DNA of 64,000 nt from the NCBI GenBank assembly GCA_963760795.1, contig CAVXEP010000035.1, positions 46,872-110,871 on the forward strand. Direction: 5' to 3'. Under the pieces are notes generated by a model that saw nothing but the letters and a program-made list of their open reading frames with translations, did no database searches and was not told the origin of the DNA. Position numbers and translations under genes: made by a program. Source of the stretch: an uncultured delta proteobacterium (GTDB lineage: Bacteria > Desulfobacterota > Binatia > UBA9968). Shown here one piece after another: positions 28,424 to 38,011 of this stretch; the first letter of the stretch is position 1, and each line of letters starts with the position of its first letter.

Positions 28424-30079
28424 TCAGGTTTCGATGATATAGGGCAACACCACAGGGCGGCGCTCGAGTTTTTTCCTGAAAAATCTGCGCAGTACGAGGC
28501 GTACCTCCTCTTTGAGTTCTTCCGGGTCTCTGCGGGTCTCGCGGTTCATGTTGGCCAGGGCGGCGAGCACGGCCTGTTTGGCGCTCTCCATGACCTCTTC
28601 GCTTTCTTCGGCGAGCATGAAGCCGCGGGAGATCAAATCCGGCCCGGCGACGAGTTCGCCGGATTGCTGATGGATCGCCATGACCGCCAGGACCATGCCG
28701 TCTTCGGACAGATGGCGGCGGTCGCGAATGACCATGTCGCCGACATCGCCGACGCCTTTGCCGTCGACAAAGACCCGGCCGACTTGAATCGGCTTGACCT
28801 TCTCTGCACCCCGGTTGGTCAGTTCGAGCACGTCGCCGTCATCGAGCAGAAAACAGTTTTCCTCGGGAATGCCGACCTCTTGGGCGAGCCGCCGGTGGCG
28901 GACGAGATGGCGATATTCGCCATGGATCGGCACGAAATAGCGCGGCCGAGTGAGCTGCAACATGATTTTTAGCTCTTCCTGGCTGGCGTGACCGGAGACG
29001 TGGATCTCTGAGACTTTTTCGTAGTGCACCTCGGCGCCGCGGCGGTACAGATGATTGATCAGGTTCGAGATCACCTTCTCGTTGCCGGGGATGAATTTCG
29101 ACGACAGAATCACCGTGTCGCCGGCAGCGACTTTGAGCGTCTTGTGGTCGTTCAAGGCGACCCGGTGTAACACCGACATGGGTTCGCCCTGGCTGCCAGT
29201 GGTGAGAAACAGCAGTTGGTCCGCCGGTAAGCTTTGCCAGCGTTCGCTATCGTTCATGAAACTGCGCGGCATGCGCAGATAGCCGAGCTCGGCCGCGACC
29301 TCGCAGTTGCGAATCATGCTGCGACCGCTGAGCACGACGCGCCGCTCGCAACGCTCGGCGATCTCGACGACCTGCTGGATTCGCGGGATGCTCGACGAAA
29401 AGGTCGAAACCAAGACTTTGCCGGTACTCTTGACGATGATCTGTTCCAAATTCGTACCGACTTCGCGCTCCGACGGCGTATGGCCGCGGCGCTCGACGTT
29501 GGTCGAGTCGGACATCAAGAGCAGCACGCCCTTCTCTCCGTAGGCGGCGAAGCGTTGGAAGTCGAACATCTCGCCATCCATCGGCGTGTTGTCGATCTTG
29601 AAATCGCCGGTGTGAATCACCGTGCCCAGTGGCGTCTCGACGGCCAAGGCCAAGCAGTCCATCAAACTATGGGTAACCCGGATGCCTTCGATGGTAAACG
29701 GACCGATCTGCCAGGGGGCGCCGGCGGTGATCTCGTGAATCTCGGTACTGTCTTCGAGATCATGTTCTTGCAGTTTATTCGCCAGCAGGCCGAGGGTCAG
29801 CTTGGTGCCGTATATCGGCACATCGAAGTGCTTCAAGACGAACGGCAGAGCGCCGACGTGATCCTCGTGGGCGTGGGTCAGCACGATCGCCTTGAGCTTG
29901 GTCTTTCCCTCCAACAAATAGCTGACATCGGGGATCACCAGGTCGATGCCCAACAAATGGGCGTCGGGAAACATGAGGCCGCAGTCCACCGCGATGGCGT
30001 CGTCGCCATACTCGATCAGCATCATGTTCAAGCCGAACTCGCCGAGGCCGCCAAGCGGGATGATTTTCAATGGTTCCAT
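28424..30079 (-). CDS. rnj: Ribonuclease J
   Basis: PLGGLGE.G.N, THAHEDH, HTGDFK, TTGSQGEP, HVSGH, PIHGEYRH. Confidence 0.97.
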   Translation of the reverse strand: MEPLKIIPLGGLGEFGLNMMLIEYGDDAIAVDCGLMFPDAHLLGIDLVIPDVSYLLEGKTKLKAIVLTHAHEDHVGALPFVLKHFDVPIYGTKLTLGLLANKLQEHDLEDSTEIHEITAGAPWQIGPFTIEGIRVTHSLMDCLALAVETPLGTVIHTGDFKIDNTPMDGEMFDFQRFAAYGEKGVLLLMSDSTNVERRGHTPSEREVGTNLEQIIVKSTGKVLVSTFSSSIPRIQQVVEIAERCERRVVLSGRSMIRNCEVAAELGYLRMPRSFMNDSERWQSLPADQLLFLTTGSQGEPMSVLHRVALNDHKTLKVAAGDTVILSSKFIPGNEKVISNLINHLYRRGAEVHYEKVSEIHVSGHASQEELKIMLQLTRPRYFVPIHGEYRHLVRHRRLAQEVGIPEENCFLLDDGDVLELTNRGAEKVKPIQVGRVFVDGKGVGDVGDMVIRDRRHLSEDGMVLAVMAIHQQSGELVAGPDLISRGFMLAEESEEVMESAKQAVLAALANMNRETRRDPEELKEEVRLVLRRFFRKKLERRPVVLPYIIET

Positions 30080-30085
30080 GGATGG

Positions 30086-30856
30086 TTAGACGGTTCTTCC
30101 TTGCGGCGCGATGGCCGCTCCGGTCAGATTTTCTTGGCTCGCGCGAATCGGATCGCTCGGTCGTAGATTAGCCGCGATGATTTCTTGCACCTGCGCGCTC
30201 AAGCCGCGCAGCCCGCCTGGGCGAAAGTCTGCCGCCGCAATCGGCGCGCCGATGGTGACGTCGATTGTCCCGGGCCGGACGCGCCATTCGCCTCTGGCCA
30301 GCAGTTTGCCCGTGCCGTTGATCGTCACCGGCACAATCGGCGTCTTGCTTTTCAGCGCCAGGAGAAAGCCGCCGCGTTTGAACGGCAACAACTTGCCGTC
30401 GGTGCTGCGGGTGCCTTCCGGGAATACCACCACCGAGATTCCCGCCGCGATGCGCTGCTTGGCGAGCTTTAGACTCTTGAGCGCGTCCAACGCATCCGCC
30501 CGGTCGACGGTAATATGCTTCGCCGCCCACAGCGCCCAACCGAAGAAAGGTATCCAAAGGAGTTCTTTCTTAGCGATCCAGCGGAGCTGGAACTGGGGCA
30601 ACGCTTGAACCAGCACTGGAATGTCGAAGTTGCTTTGGTGATTCACGACAAAAAGATACTGGCGTTGTGGGTCCAGCCGATTCAGCCCTTCTACGGTCAA
30701 GGTGATGCCGCTGAATTTGACAATCAGCCAAGTCCAAAATTGATTGATGCGATACACGCGTTTGCCGTGGGGATCGAACAGGCCGCATAAAACCGTCGCC
30801 AGCGAAAGCACCATGGTGGCCGCGATGACGATGGCTAATTTGACTGTGTAAAACAT
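30086..30856 (-). CDS. plsC: 1-acyl-sn-glycerol-3-phosphate acyltransferase
   Basis: NHQS.FD, AKKEL..IP, FPEGTRS, PFKRG. Confidence 0.9.
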   Translation of the reverse strand: MFYTVKLAIVIAATMVLSLATVLCGLFDPHGKRVYRINQFWTWLIVKFSGITLTVEGLNRLDPQRQYLFVVNHQSNFDIPVLVQALPQFQLRWIAKKELLWIPFFGWALWAAKHITVDRADALDALKSLKLAKQRIAAGISVVVFPEGTRSTDGKLLPFKRGGFLLALKSKTPIVPVTINGTGKLLARGEWRVRPGTIDVTIGAPIAAADFRPGGLRGLSAQVQEIIAANLRPSDPIRASQENLTGAAIAPQGRTV

Positions 30857-30970
30857 CAAGACAAAGCTAAATTTGAACCGTCGAACTTATTGGAGATTGG
30901 TAAGTAATTGTAGAGAAGGCCTGAACAAAAATCAATGTGAGGAAGTTTTTGGTGCTTCGGCTCAATCGAG

Positions 30971-30999
30971 TTGACTCTCCAGATGGCCAGGGTTAAGTT
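30971..30999 (+). promoter_or_regulatory. sigma70-type promoter for ssb
   Basis: TTGACT-17 bp-TAAGTT. Confidence 0.55.
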
Positions 31000-31046
31000 G
31001 AGAGCACTTTTCCGCCGCAAAGTTTTTTTCCGGGTCCGGAGGCAGT

Positions 31047-31484
31047 ATGTCCGTTAACAAAGTCATTTTGGTCGGCAATCTCGGCAAGGATCCCGAGGTG
31101 CGTTATACCCAGACGGGCAGCGCCGTGGCGAATTTCTCGATCGCCACCTCAGAGCAATGGAACGACCGCGACGGCAAACGCCAGGAGCGCACCGAGTGGC
31201 ATAATATCGTGGTCTGGGGTAAGCAGGCCGAGCACTGCGGGCAGTATCTATCGAAAGGCCGGCAGGTTTTCATCGAAGGCAGCATTCGCACGCGCAGCTA
31301 CGACGATAAGAGCGGCAACAAGCGCTACGTCACCGAGATCATCGCCCAACGCATTCAGTTCCTTGGCAGCGGTGGCGGCACCCGCGGGCCGCAGCAAGGT
31401 ACGGATTCCGGCAGTGTCGACGACCTGGCGATGGGCGGCATGGGCGGCGGCCAGCCGCCCAGTGACGACGATATTCCGTTCTGA
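31047..31484 (+). CDS. ssb: Single-stranded DNA-binding protein
   Basis: [23 protein letters not shown]-terminal DDDIPF. Confidence 0.98.
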   Translation: MSVNKVILVGNLGKDPEVRYTQTGSAVANFSIATSEQWNDRDGKRQERTEWHNIVVWGKQAEHCGQYLSKGRQVFIEGSIRTRSYDDKSGNKRYVTEIIAQRIQFLGSGGGTRGPQQGTDSGSVDDLAMGGMGGGQPPSDDDIPF

Positions 31485-31589
31485 TCATTTAGTTTATTCA
31501 TTCCCATTCGTCCAAGTCGATGCATATAGGCCTTGGGATCGATCGATGAGTTCTTTCAGACGGATTTACTTACTTGCGCTTATCCATTA

Positions 31590-33515
31590 ATGGATCGTCC
31601 GCCGCTGCAAGACTTCGATGTCGATGCCGCCCTCAGAACAATCCTTGAGGGCACGGCCACTCAGACTGGGACGGAATTTTTTCAAGCCCTGGTAAAAAAT
31701 CTTGCCTTCGCGCTTAACACGCATGGCGCGTGGGTCACCGAGTATTTTCCGGAATCACGCCGATTAAAGGCACTGGCCTTTTGGATGGGCGATCAATGGC
31801 TCGATGACTGGGAGATGGCGGTCGATGGCACCGCGTGTGAGCGGGTAGTCGACGAACGCCGCCTGGTCCATATCCCCGACAACCTCCTCGATATTTACGG
31901 CGACAATCCTGAGGTGCGGGCCATCGGCGCAGCGAGTTACCTGGGCATGCCGCTGCTCGATCTCGGTGGAAAAGTTCTCGGCCACTTGGCGGTTCTCGAC
32001 TTGCGGCCGATGCCCGCCGAGCCGCGCGCCCAAGCGCTATTTCAAATCTTCGCTGCCCGAGCGGGAGCTGAACTGCGCCGGCTGCGCGCTGAGGCGCAAG
32101 TGCGTGAGCGCGAACAGAAGCTTGGCCGCCTGGTGGGCAGCGCCATGGACGCGATCATCGAGCTTGATCGCCATTTGGCGGTGACGCAGATGAATCCGGC
32201 GGCAGAAAAGGTTATGGGCTGCGGCACGGCAGCGATCGTCGGACGAACGTTTAGCCAGTTTTTGTCCGCCGACTCGCGCGAGAAACTGGCGCGCTTGATT
32301 ATCGATCTCGATTCTCGCGCTGACGGGCAACGCTCACTATGGATTGCCGGCGGATTGGACGCGGCCACCGAGAGCGGTTTGCCGTTTCGAGCGGAGGCAA
32401 CGCTGTCTCGGTTCGACATTGAGCGCGAACCTTTCTACACCGTGATTTTTAGAAACGTCAACGACCGGCTCGCAGCCGAACAGAAAATTCGTTCATTGAC
32501 AGTGGAAGCGGAGTATCTGCGCGAAGAGATCAAGTCTTTATTTGGCGCGGATGAAATTGTCGGCCAGAGCGAGGCTTTGCTCGGTGTGCTCAGAGACGTC
32601 AAGGAAGTGGCCGGCACCGATGCGACGGTGCTGATTCTCGGCGAGACCGGAACCGGCAAAGAACTCATCGCGCGGGCGATTCATCATGCCAGCCGGCGGC
32701 GGCAAAGACCGCTCATCAAGGTCAACTGCGCGGCGATTCCGGCAACCTTGATCGAGAGCGAATTCTTCGGCCACGAAGCCGGCGCGTTCACCGGCGCGAC
32801 CAAAAAGCGCGACGGCCGATTCACCTTGGCCAACGGCGGCACGATATTCTTGGACGAGATCGCCGAGCTTCCGTTCGACTTGCAGACGAAACTGCTCCGG
32901 GTGCTGCAAGAAGGCGAATTCGAGCCGGTCGGCAGCTCTCAGACACGCAAGGTCGACGCGCGGGTATTGGCTGCCACAAATCGAGACCTTGAAGGGGCCA
33001 TTAAGGAGGGCAAATTCCGCGAAGATTTATACTATCGGTTAAATGTGTTTCCGATCCAGCTGCCGCCGTTGCGCGAGCGGCGCGGCGATATTGCGATTCT
33101 TGCCGCTCAGTTCGCGCAAAAATTCGCCAAGAATATGGGCCGGTCGATCGAGCCACTGTCACAGGATTGCATCCGTCGTCTGGAAGCCTATCGCTGGCCT
33201 GGCAACGTGCGCGAGCTGCAAAACATTATCGAGCGTGCGGTGATCACGTCACGCGATCGCAAGCTCAATCTAGATCGTGCCCTGCCGGAAAGCGTCGGCG
33301 ATCTCGCCGCTGCGTTGGCAGGTGACGAAGCCGGCGCCAAGTGCGTGCGCACCGCCAAAGAGTTTGAAGACCTAGAGCGGGAGAATATCGTCGCCGCCCT
33401 CGAAGCGAGCGATTGGAAAGTCGCCGGCGCGCATGGCGCGGCCACGCTCCTCGGCATCAAGCCGACGACGCTCAGCTCGCGCATGAAAGCGCTCGGCGTC
33501 GAGCGCAAACGCTAA
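31590..33515 (+). CDS. sigma54 enhancer-binding protein (GAF-PAS-AAA+-HTH)
   Basis: GAF (SYLGMPL...GHLAVLD), PAS (SAMDAII..D...MNPAAE), GETGTGKE, GAFTGA, WPGNVRELQN, HTH; start set at ATG 31590. Confidence 0.92.
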   Translation: MDRPPLQDFDVDAALRTILEGTATQTGTEFFQALVKNLAFALNTHGAWVTEYFPESRRLKALAFWMGDQWLDDWEMAVDGTACERVVDERRLVHIPDNLLDIYGDNPEVRAIGAASYLGMPLLDLGGKVLGHLAVLDLRPMPAEPRAQALFQIFAARAGAELRRLRAEAQVREREQKLGRLVGSAMDAIIELDRHLAVTQMNPAAEKVMGCGTAAIVGRTFSQFLSADSREKLARLIIDLDSRADGQRSLWIAGGLDAATESGLPFRAEATLSRFDIEREPFYTVIFRNVNDRLAAEQKIRSLTVEAEYLREEIKSLFGADEIVGQSEALLGVLRDVKEVAGTDATVLILGETGTGKELIARAIHHASRRRQRPLIKVNCAAIPATLIESEFFGHEAGAFTGATKKRDGRFTLANGGTIFLDEIAELPFDLQTKLLRVLQEGEFEPVGSSQTRKVDARVLAATNRDLEGAIKEGKFREDLYYRLNVFPIQLPPLRERRGDIAILAAQFAQKFAKNMGRSIEPLSQDCIRRLEAYRWPGNVRELQNIIERAVITSRDRKLNLDRALPESVGDLAAALAGDEAGAKCVRTAKEFEDLERENIVAALEASDWKVAGAHGAATLLGIKPTTLSSRMKALGVERKR

Positions 33516-33523
33516 GCGCACTC

Positions 33524-33577
33524 ACGAGAAATCATATTCGACGCTAACGAGATCTCGTTACTAACGAAATCTCGTCA
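33524..33577. promoter_or_regulatory. Tandem palindromic upstream activating sequences
   Basis: Perfect 16-bp palindrome TAACGAGATCTCGTTA (33545-33560) followed by near copy TAACGAAATCTCGTCA (33562-33577) and a half copy at 33524. Confidence 0.65.
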
Positions 33578-33644
33578 TCCTCTCCTGCCGGCAATATTTC
33601 CTCAAACTTCTGAATTCTAAAGCTATTCAGCAATGCCACGGCCT

Positions 33645-33660
33645 TGGCATGGTTCGCGCA
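33645..33660 (+). promoter_or_regulatory. sigma54 (-24/-12) promoter
   Basis: TGGCAT-GGTTC-GCGCA (GG-N10-GC), 52 nt before ATG 33712, next to a sigma54 activator gene. Confidence 0.7.
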
Positions 33661-33711
33661 ATAGTTCCGTTGCAACGGCGACGAGCCGAAAAAAATGACG
33701 GAGGAAAGATC

Positions 33712-34623
33712 ATGAATAACCATTACAGTTACCAAGGGGTGCTGGAGACTTCGGAGCGTATCAACTGGCGCATCGAGGACATCATCGGCGGCGACAAGCG
33801 CTTAGATTTTAGCAACCCGTTCATGCCGGAATCGCTGGCTCAGGTGGATGGGCTGGGATTTCTATCCGCCGATGAGAAACGGATCTTGAACCAGATCCGC
33901 GGCCACGAGTACCTCGCCATGTTCGGTCTGGTCGAGGAATTCATTCTGCCGTTCGCTCTCGACCACGCAAGGGAGCAGCTTTCGGGCGACGATTATCGAA
34001 TCCGCGCACTGCTGCAGTTCGCCGGCGAAGAGGCCAAGCATATTCATCTTTTCAAACAGTTCCGCGAGGAATTTACCGGCGGCTTTGGCAGCCGCTGCGA
34101 CTTCATCGGACCGGCTGAGGATGTGAAGAAATTTGTTCTGTCGCACAGCCCCTTCGGTGTCAGCATTGCCGTTCTTCATATCGAATGGATCACATTGCGC
34201 CATTACGTCGAGGCAGTGCGCGATAGTCAGCAGCTCGATCGGCAGTTCAAAAGTCTCCTGAAGCATCACTGGCTAGAAGAGTCGCAGCATACCAAGCTCG
34301 ATACCTTGATTGTCGAAAAGCTGGCGGCGAGCGCGACGGAAAAAGAGATCGATCTAGGCTTCGAGGAATACGGCAAAATCGGCGCCTTCATCGATGATGG
34401 GCTCAAGCAGCAGGCGGAGTTCAATGTCGATGCGTTCGAGAATGCCACCGGCAGGCAACTATCGAAAAATGAGCGGGCAGAGATGACGGCAGCGGTGCTC
34501 AAGGGGATGCGCTGGACCTATCTTGGCACGGGCATGACCCATACGAATTTTCTCGCCACCGTGGAGGGGATCAAACCCGAAGCGAGAAAACAGATCGAGG
34601 CGATGGCGCCGGCGTTTTGCTAA
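33712..34623 (+). CDS. Ferritin-like diiron protein (AurF-like oxygenase)
   Basis: E...EEAKH and E...EESQH paired ExxH motifs; GGAGG RBS before ATG 33712. Confidence 0.7.
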   Translation: MNNHYSYQGVLETSERINWRIEDIIGGDKRLDFSNPFMPESLAQVDGLGFLSADEKRILNQIRGHEYLAMFGLVEEFILPFALDHAREQLSGDDYRIRALLQFAGEEAKHIHLFKQFREEFTGGFGSRCDFIGPAEDVKKFVLSHSPFGVSIAVLHIEWITLRHYVEAVRDSQQLDRQFKSLLKHHWLEESQHTKLDTLIVEKLAASATEKEIDLGFEEYGKIGAFIDDGLKQQAEFNVDAFENATGRQLSKNERAEMTAAVLKGMRWTYLGTGMTHTNFLATVEGIKPEARKQIEAMAPAFC

Positions 34624-34664
34624 GCATAACGGCCAATCAAGTTAATCATCGAAAGGAGATCGAT

Positions 34665-35828
34665 ATGTCTGTAACAGCCATAAATCTAGCTGACGGAAAC
34701 AATATCAAGGCAGCGGAAAAGATCGCCACGGTGCTGAACGAACTGGGGCCGCGCTTTGTCGAGCGCGCCGCAGCGGCCGATGAGCAAGATCGGTTTGTCG
34801 CGGAAAACCTCGCCGAGCTCAAAGCCCACGGGTTGGTGGCGGCCGGTGTGCCGGAGGAATTGGGCGGCCTCGGCGCCAGCCACGCTGAGCTGGGTGAGAT
34901 GTTACGACGAATTGCCTATCAGTGCGGTTCGACGGGTTTAGCTTTTTCCATGCACACCCACCAAGTCGCGACCAACGCGTGGCGTTGGCGCCATCAGAAA
35001 GCGCCGGTGGACGGCTTGTTGAAGCGAGTCGCCGCGGAAAACATCGTGCTTTTGAGCAGCGGCGGCTCCGACTGGCTGCAAGGTTCGGGTACAGCGACGC
35101 GGGTCGAAGGCGGTTATCGCATCAACGGGCGAAAAATCTTTTCCAGCGGCGCGCCCGCGGGGGATCTTTTGATGACCAGCGCGGTGTACGACGATCCCGA
35201 AGCTGGCCCCTCGGTATTACACTTCGCCGTTCCGATGAAGGCTGAAGGGGTGAAATTGCTCGACACCTGGCGGGTCATGGGCATGCGCGGCACGGGGTCC
35301 CACGATATCGGACTGACCGATGTTTTCATCGCTGATGCGGCGATTGGCGGGAAGCGGCCTCAGGGCAAATGGCATCCGTTATTCCACATTATTTCGATGA
35401 TCGCCTTTCCATTAGTCTACTCCGCTTATCTTGGCGTCGCCGAGGCAGCGCGCGATCTGGTCGTCGAAAAGGCGCGCAAGCGCAAAGCGGATTATCGTTC
35501 GGTCGAACTTATCGGCGGCGTCGATAACGAGTTGACGAGCGCTCGGCTAGCGCTCCAAGACATGATTGCCGCCGCGGCGACCAACGATCCCGGACTGGCG
35601 ACGACAAACCGCGTCATGATAGGTCGCACACTGGTTGCGCGCGGCGTATTGAATACCGTGGAGGTGGCGATGGAAGCCGCAGGCGGCAGCGCGTTCTTCC
35701 GATCGGCGGGGTTGGAGAGACTTTTCCGCGACGCCCAGGCCGCGCGATATCATCCGCTGCGCGAAGGCGCACAACGAGCCTACGCGGGGCGCATGGCGCT
35801 CGGGTTGGATGTCGACGAGGTGATATGA
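34665..35828 (+). CDS. Acyl-CoA dehydrogenase-fold flavoprotein (group D monooxygenase-like)
   Basis: VPEELGGLG, INGRKIFSSG, W..MGMRGTGSH, AGG.AF....LERLFRD; AAGGAG RBS before ATG 34665. Confidence 0.85.
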   Translation: MSVTAINLADGNNIKAAEKIATVLNELGPRFVERAAAADEQDRFVAENLAELKAHGLVAAGVPEELGGLGASHAELGEMLRRIAYQCGSTGLAFSMHTHQVATNAWRWRHQKAPVDGLLKRVAAENIVLLSSGGSDWLQGSGTATRVEGGYRINGRKIFSSGAPAGDLLMTSAVYDDPEAGPSVLHFAVPMKAEGVKLLDTWRVMGMRGTGSHDIGLTDVFIADAAIGGKRPQGKWHPLFHIISMIAFPLVYSAYLGVAEAARDLVVEKARKRKADYRSVELIGGVDNELTSARLALQDMIAAAATNDPGLATTNRVMIGRTLVARGVLNTVEVAMEAAGGSAFFRSAGLERLFRDAQAARYHPLREGAQRAYAGRMALGLDVDEVI

Positions 35829-35899
35829 AACTGGCTAGCGCCGCGCCTGTATTCCCGGCGCGACGCTAGATTCTGGTCGATCCACTCTTACAGTTAGCT

Positions 35900-36111
35900 C
35901 TAATGAAAAACCTCGCTGCAAGCAGCTGGGTATCAAAGCAAACTCACTTCGGGTGAAGTTGTCGGGTGGGCGGAGGCGCAACGCGACGATACCTATCGTT
36001 CGGAATGATGGGTATCGCGGAGTCTATCCTCAGCCAAGCCGAAAGACTCCACCCATCCTACGTCGGAATCACTACGCCGCAAGCTACGAAGAATCAACCC
36101 GCAGCGATTAA
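35900..36111. mobile_element. Non-autonomous palindromic element (MITE-like) carrying an inverted REP doublet
   Basis: Outer hairpins ctcgctgcaagcagc..gtatc and tacgccgcaagctacg..gattaa; inner GTAG-type REP pair at 35961-35997 and 36007-36061. Confidence 0.55.
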
Positions 36112-37082
36112 GCCACAAGATTTCTCGGCTCGCCGCGGAGAAACGCTTCAATGTTGGCTTCGACTTCGACTAATAACCGCTGGCGTGCTTCGCGCGCTGA
36201 CCATGCCGTGTGCGGCGTCACGATCAAATTATCAAGTTGTTTTGCCGCGGCAACGATCGGATGATCGGCGGGCGGCGGCTCTTGGGTGATGACATCGAGG
36301 GCGGCGCCGGCGATCTGCTTGGTGCGTAGCGCTTGAATCAGCGCCGGCTCGTCGATAAGGGCGCCGCGGGCAGTGTTGACCAGGAACGCGCTAGGTTTCA
36401 TCAACGCCAGCGATTGACGGTTAATTATATGTCTCGTGTCGGGCGTCAGTGGGCAGTGGAGTGAGATGAAATCTGCGTGGCGGAACAGCCCTGCCATTGG
36501 CATACGATCAGTTGTGGGCGTTGGGTCACCAGGACGCGCGCCGACTAATATTTCCATACCGAAGCCGCGCGCCATTTGCGCGACGCTCTTACCGATATTG
36601 CCGTAACCGATGATGCCGAGTTGTTTGCCCGCGAGTTCCATATTCGGAAAAGTCAGGAGCGTGAAGACCGGGCTCTTCTGCCATTCGCCGGCTTTGACAG
36701 CGGCGGCATAGCTGCTGGCGCGACTGGCCAGCTGCAAAATCAACGCCAGGGTGAATTGGGCCACCGATTGGCTGGCGTAGCCTGGCACGTTGCAGACTTT
36801 GACGCCGCGTTTCGCTGCGGCTTCTTTGTCGATGATGTCGGTGCCGGTGGCGGCGACGGCGATGAGTTTTAGCTCGCGGGCATCAGGCGAATTCAAAAGC
36901 CCTTCGTTGATGACGACTTTATTGGTGACGGCGATGGCGTGGCCCGCGAGTCGGGCGCCGGTTTGCGCCGCGTTCGTGACTTGATGGATCGTACAGTCCC
37001 ATGTGTTGGTGAATTCTGTTAACGGCATGTCGCCATAGGTGGCGGCGTCGAGAAAAACGATTCGAGTTTGCGGCTTGCTCAT
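36108..37082 (-). CDS. D-2-hydroxyacid dehydrogenase (glycerate dehydrogenase/HprA-like)
   Basis: ATGTD, NVPGY, GIIGYGNIG, SLHCPLT, NTARG, DV..QEPP, TPHTAW. Confidence 0.92.
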   Translation of the reverse strand: MSKPQTRIVFLDAATYGDMPLTEFTNTWDCTIHQVTNAAQTGARLAGHAIAVTNKVVINEGLLNSPDARELKLIAVAATGTDIIDKEAAAKRGVKVCNVPGYASQSVAQFTLALILQLASRASSYAAAVKAGEWQKSPVFTLLTFPNMELAGKQLGIIGYGNIGKSVAQMARGFGMEILVGARPGDPTPTTDRMPMAGLFRHADFISLHCPLTPDTRHIINRQSLALMKPSAFLVNTARGALIDEPALIQALRTKQIAGAALDVITQEPPPADHPIVAAAKQLDNLIVTPHTAWSAREARQRLLVEVEANIEAFLRGEPRNLVA

Positions 37083-37894
37083 TTCGCCAACTTCCCTCGC
37101 GCTTCGAGTTTTTTTGCTTCGTCCCAGTAGCGGTCCATCTCTTCGATGGACGACTGGGCAAAATCTTTGTTTGCTTGGCGCAGCTCGGCTTCGATGTAAT
37201 GAAAGCGCCGGGTAAAGCGGTCGATGGTCTGTGCCAGGACTTCTTCTGATTCGACATCGAGAAAACGCGCGATATTAACCATGGTGAACAGCAAGTCGCC
37301 TAGCTCCTCGCCGGTGTGGGTCTTGTCGCCGGAAGCCACGGCCTCTTTGAGTTCTCGCATCTCTTCGTCGACCTTGGCCCAGACCTGTTCGATATTCGGC
37401 CATTCGAAGCCCAGGCTGGCGGCGCGCCGCGAGATCGCTTGCGCCCGCGCCAGCGCCGGCATCGCTTTCGGGACATTGCCGAGAGCGGAATTGATTTCAC
37501 CGGGGTTTTTTTCGTTGGCTTTGAGCTGGGCACGCTGTTTGAGCGCGGCCGCGGGATCTTCCGGCAGCGGTTCGCCGGCGAAGACATAGGGATGGCGGCG
37601 AACCAGTTTATCGGTGAGCAGCGCGATGACATCTTCGATGGTGAAGCGGTTTTCCTCCTTGGCGATCTGGGCGTGAAAGATTACTTGCAGAAGCACATCG
37701 CCGAGCTCCTCTGTGACTTTTTTCGCGTCGCCGTCATCGAGGGCATCGAGCAATTCATAGGTCTCTTCGAGCAGGCAGGGCTTGAGCGAGAGGTGAGTCT
37801 GCGACTTGTCCCATGGACAGCCGGCATCGCTGCGCAGTTGCGCCATGACGTTTAGCAGTGCGGTGAATTTTTGTTCGGTCTCGCGATCGCTCAC
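37079..37894 (-). CDS. mazG: Nucleoside triphosphate pyrophosphohydrolase
   Basis: LR...GCPWD..QT, EETYE, EELGDVLLQ, second EELGDLLF domain; GTG start at 37894 with GGAGG RBS. Confidence 0.95.
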   Translation of the reverse strand: MSDRETEQKFTALLNVMAQLRSDAGCPWDKSQTHLSLKPCLLEETYELLDALDDGDAKKVTEELGDVLLQVIFHAQIAKEENRFTIEDVIALLTDKLVRRHPYVFAGEPLPEDPAAALKQRAQLKANEKNPGEINSALGNVPKAMPALARAQAISRRAASLGFEWPNIEQVWAKVDEEMRELKEAVASGDKTHTGEELGDLLFTMVNIARFLDVESEEVLAQTIDRFTRRFHYIEAELRQANKDFAQSSIEEMDRYWDEAKKLEARGKLAK

Positions 37895-38011
37895 AGATAT
37901 GGCCTCCACACAGCTTGACGTTGTCAACTTTCCTTCCGGGCCGGCAGCGTGCTAAATCTTACTGGTCGTTATTCTTGAAGTCCAGCAAGTCTAGTTCAAG
38001 GAGAGCCGCTT

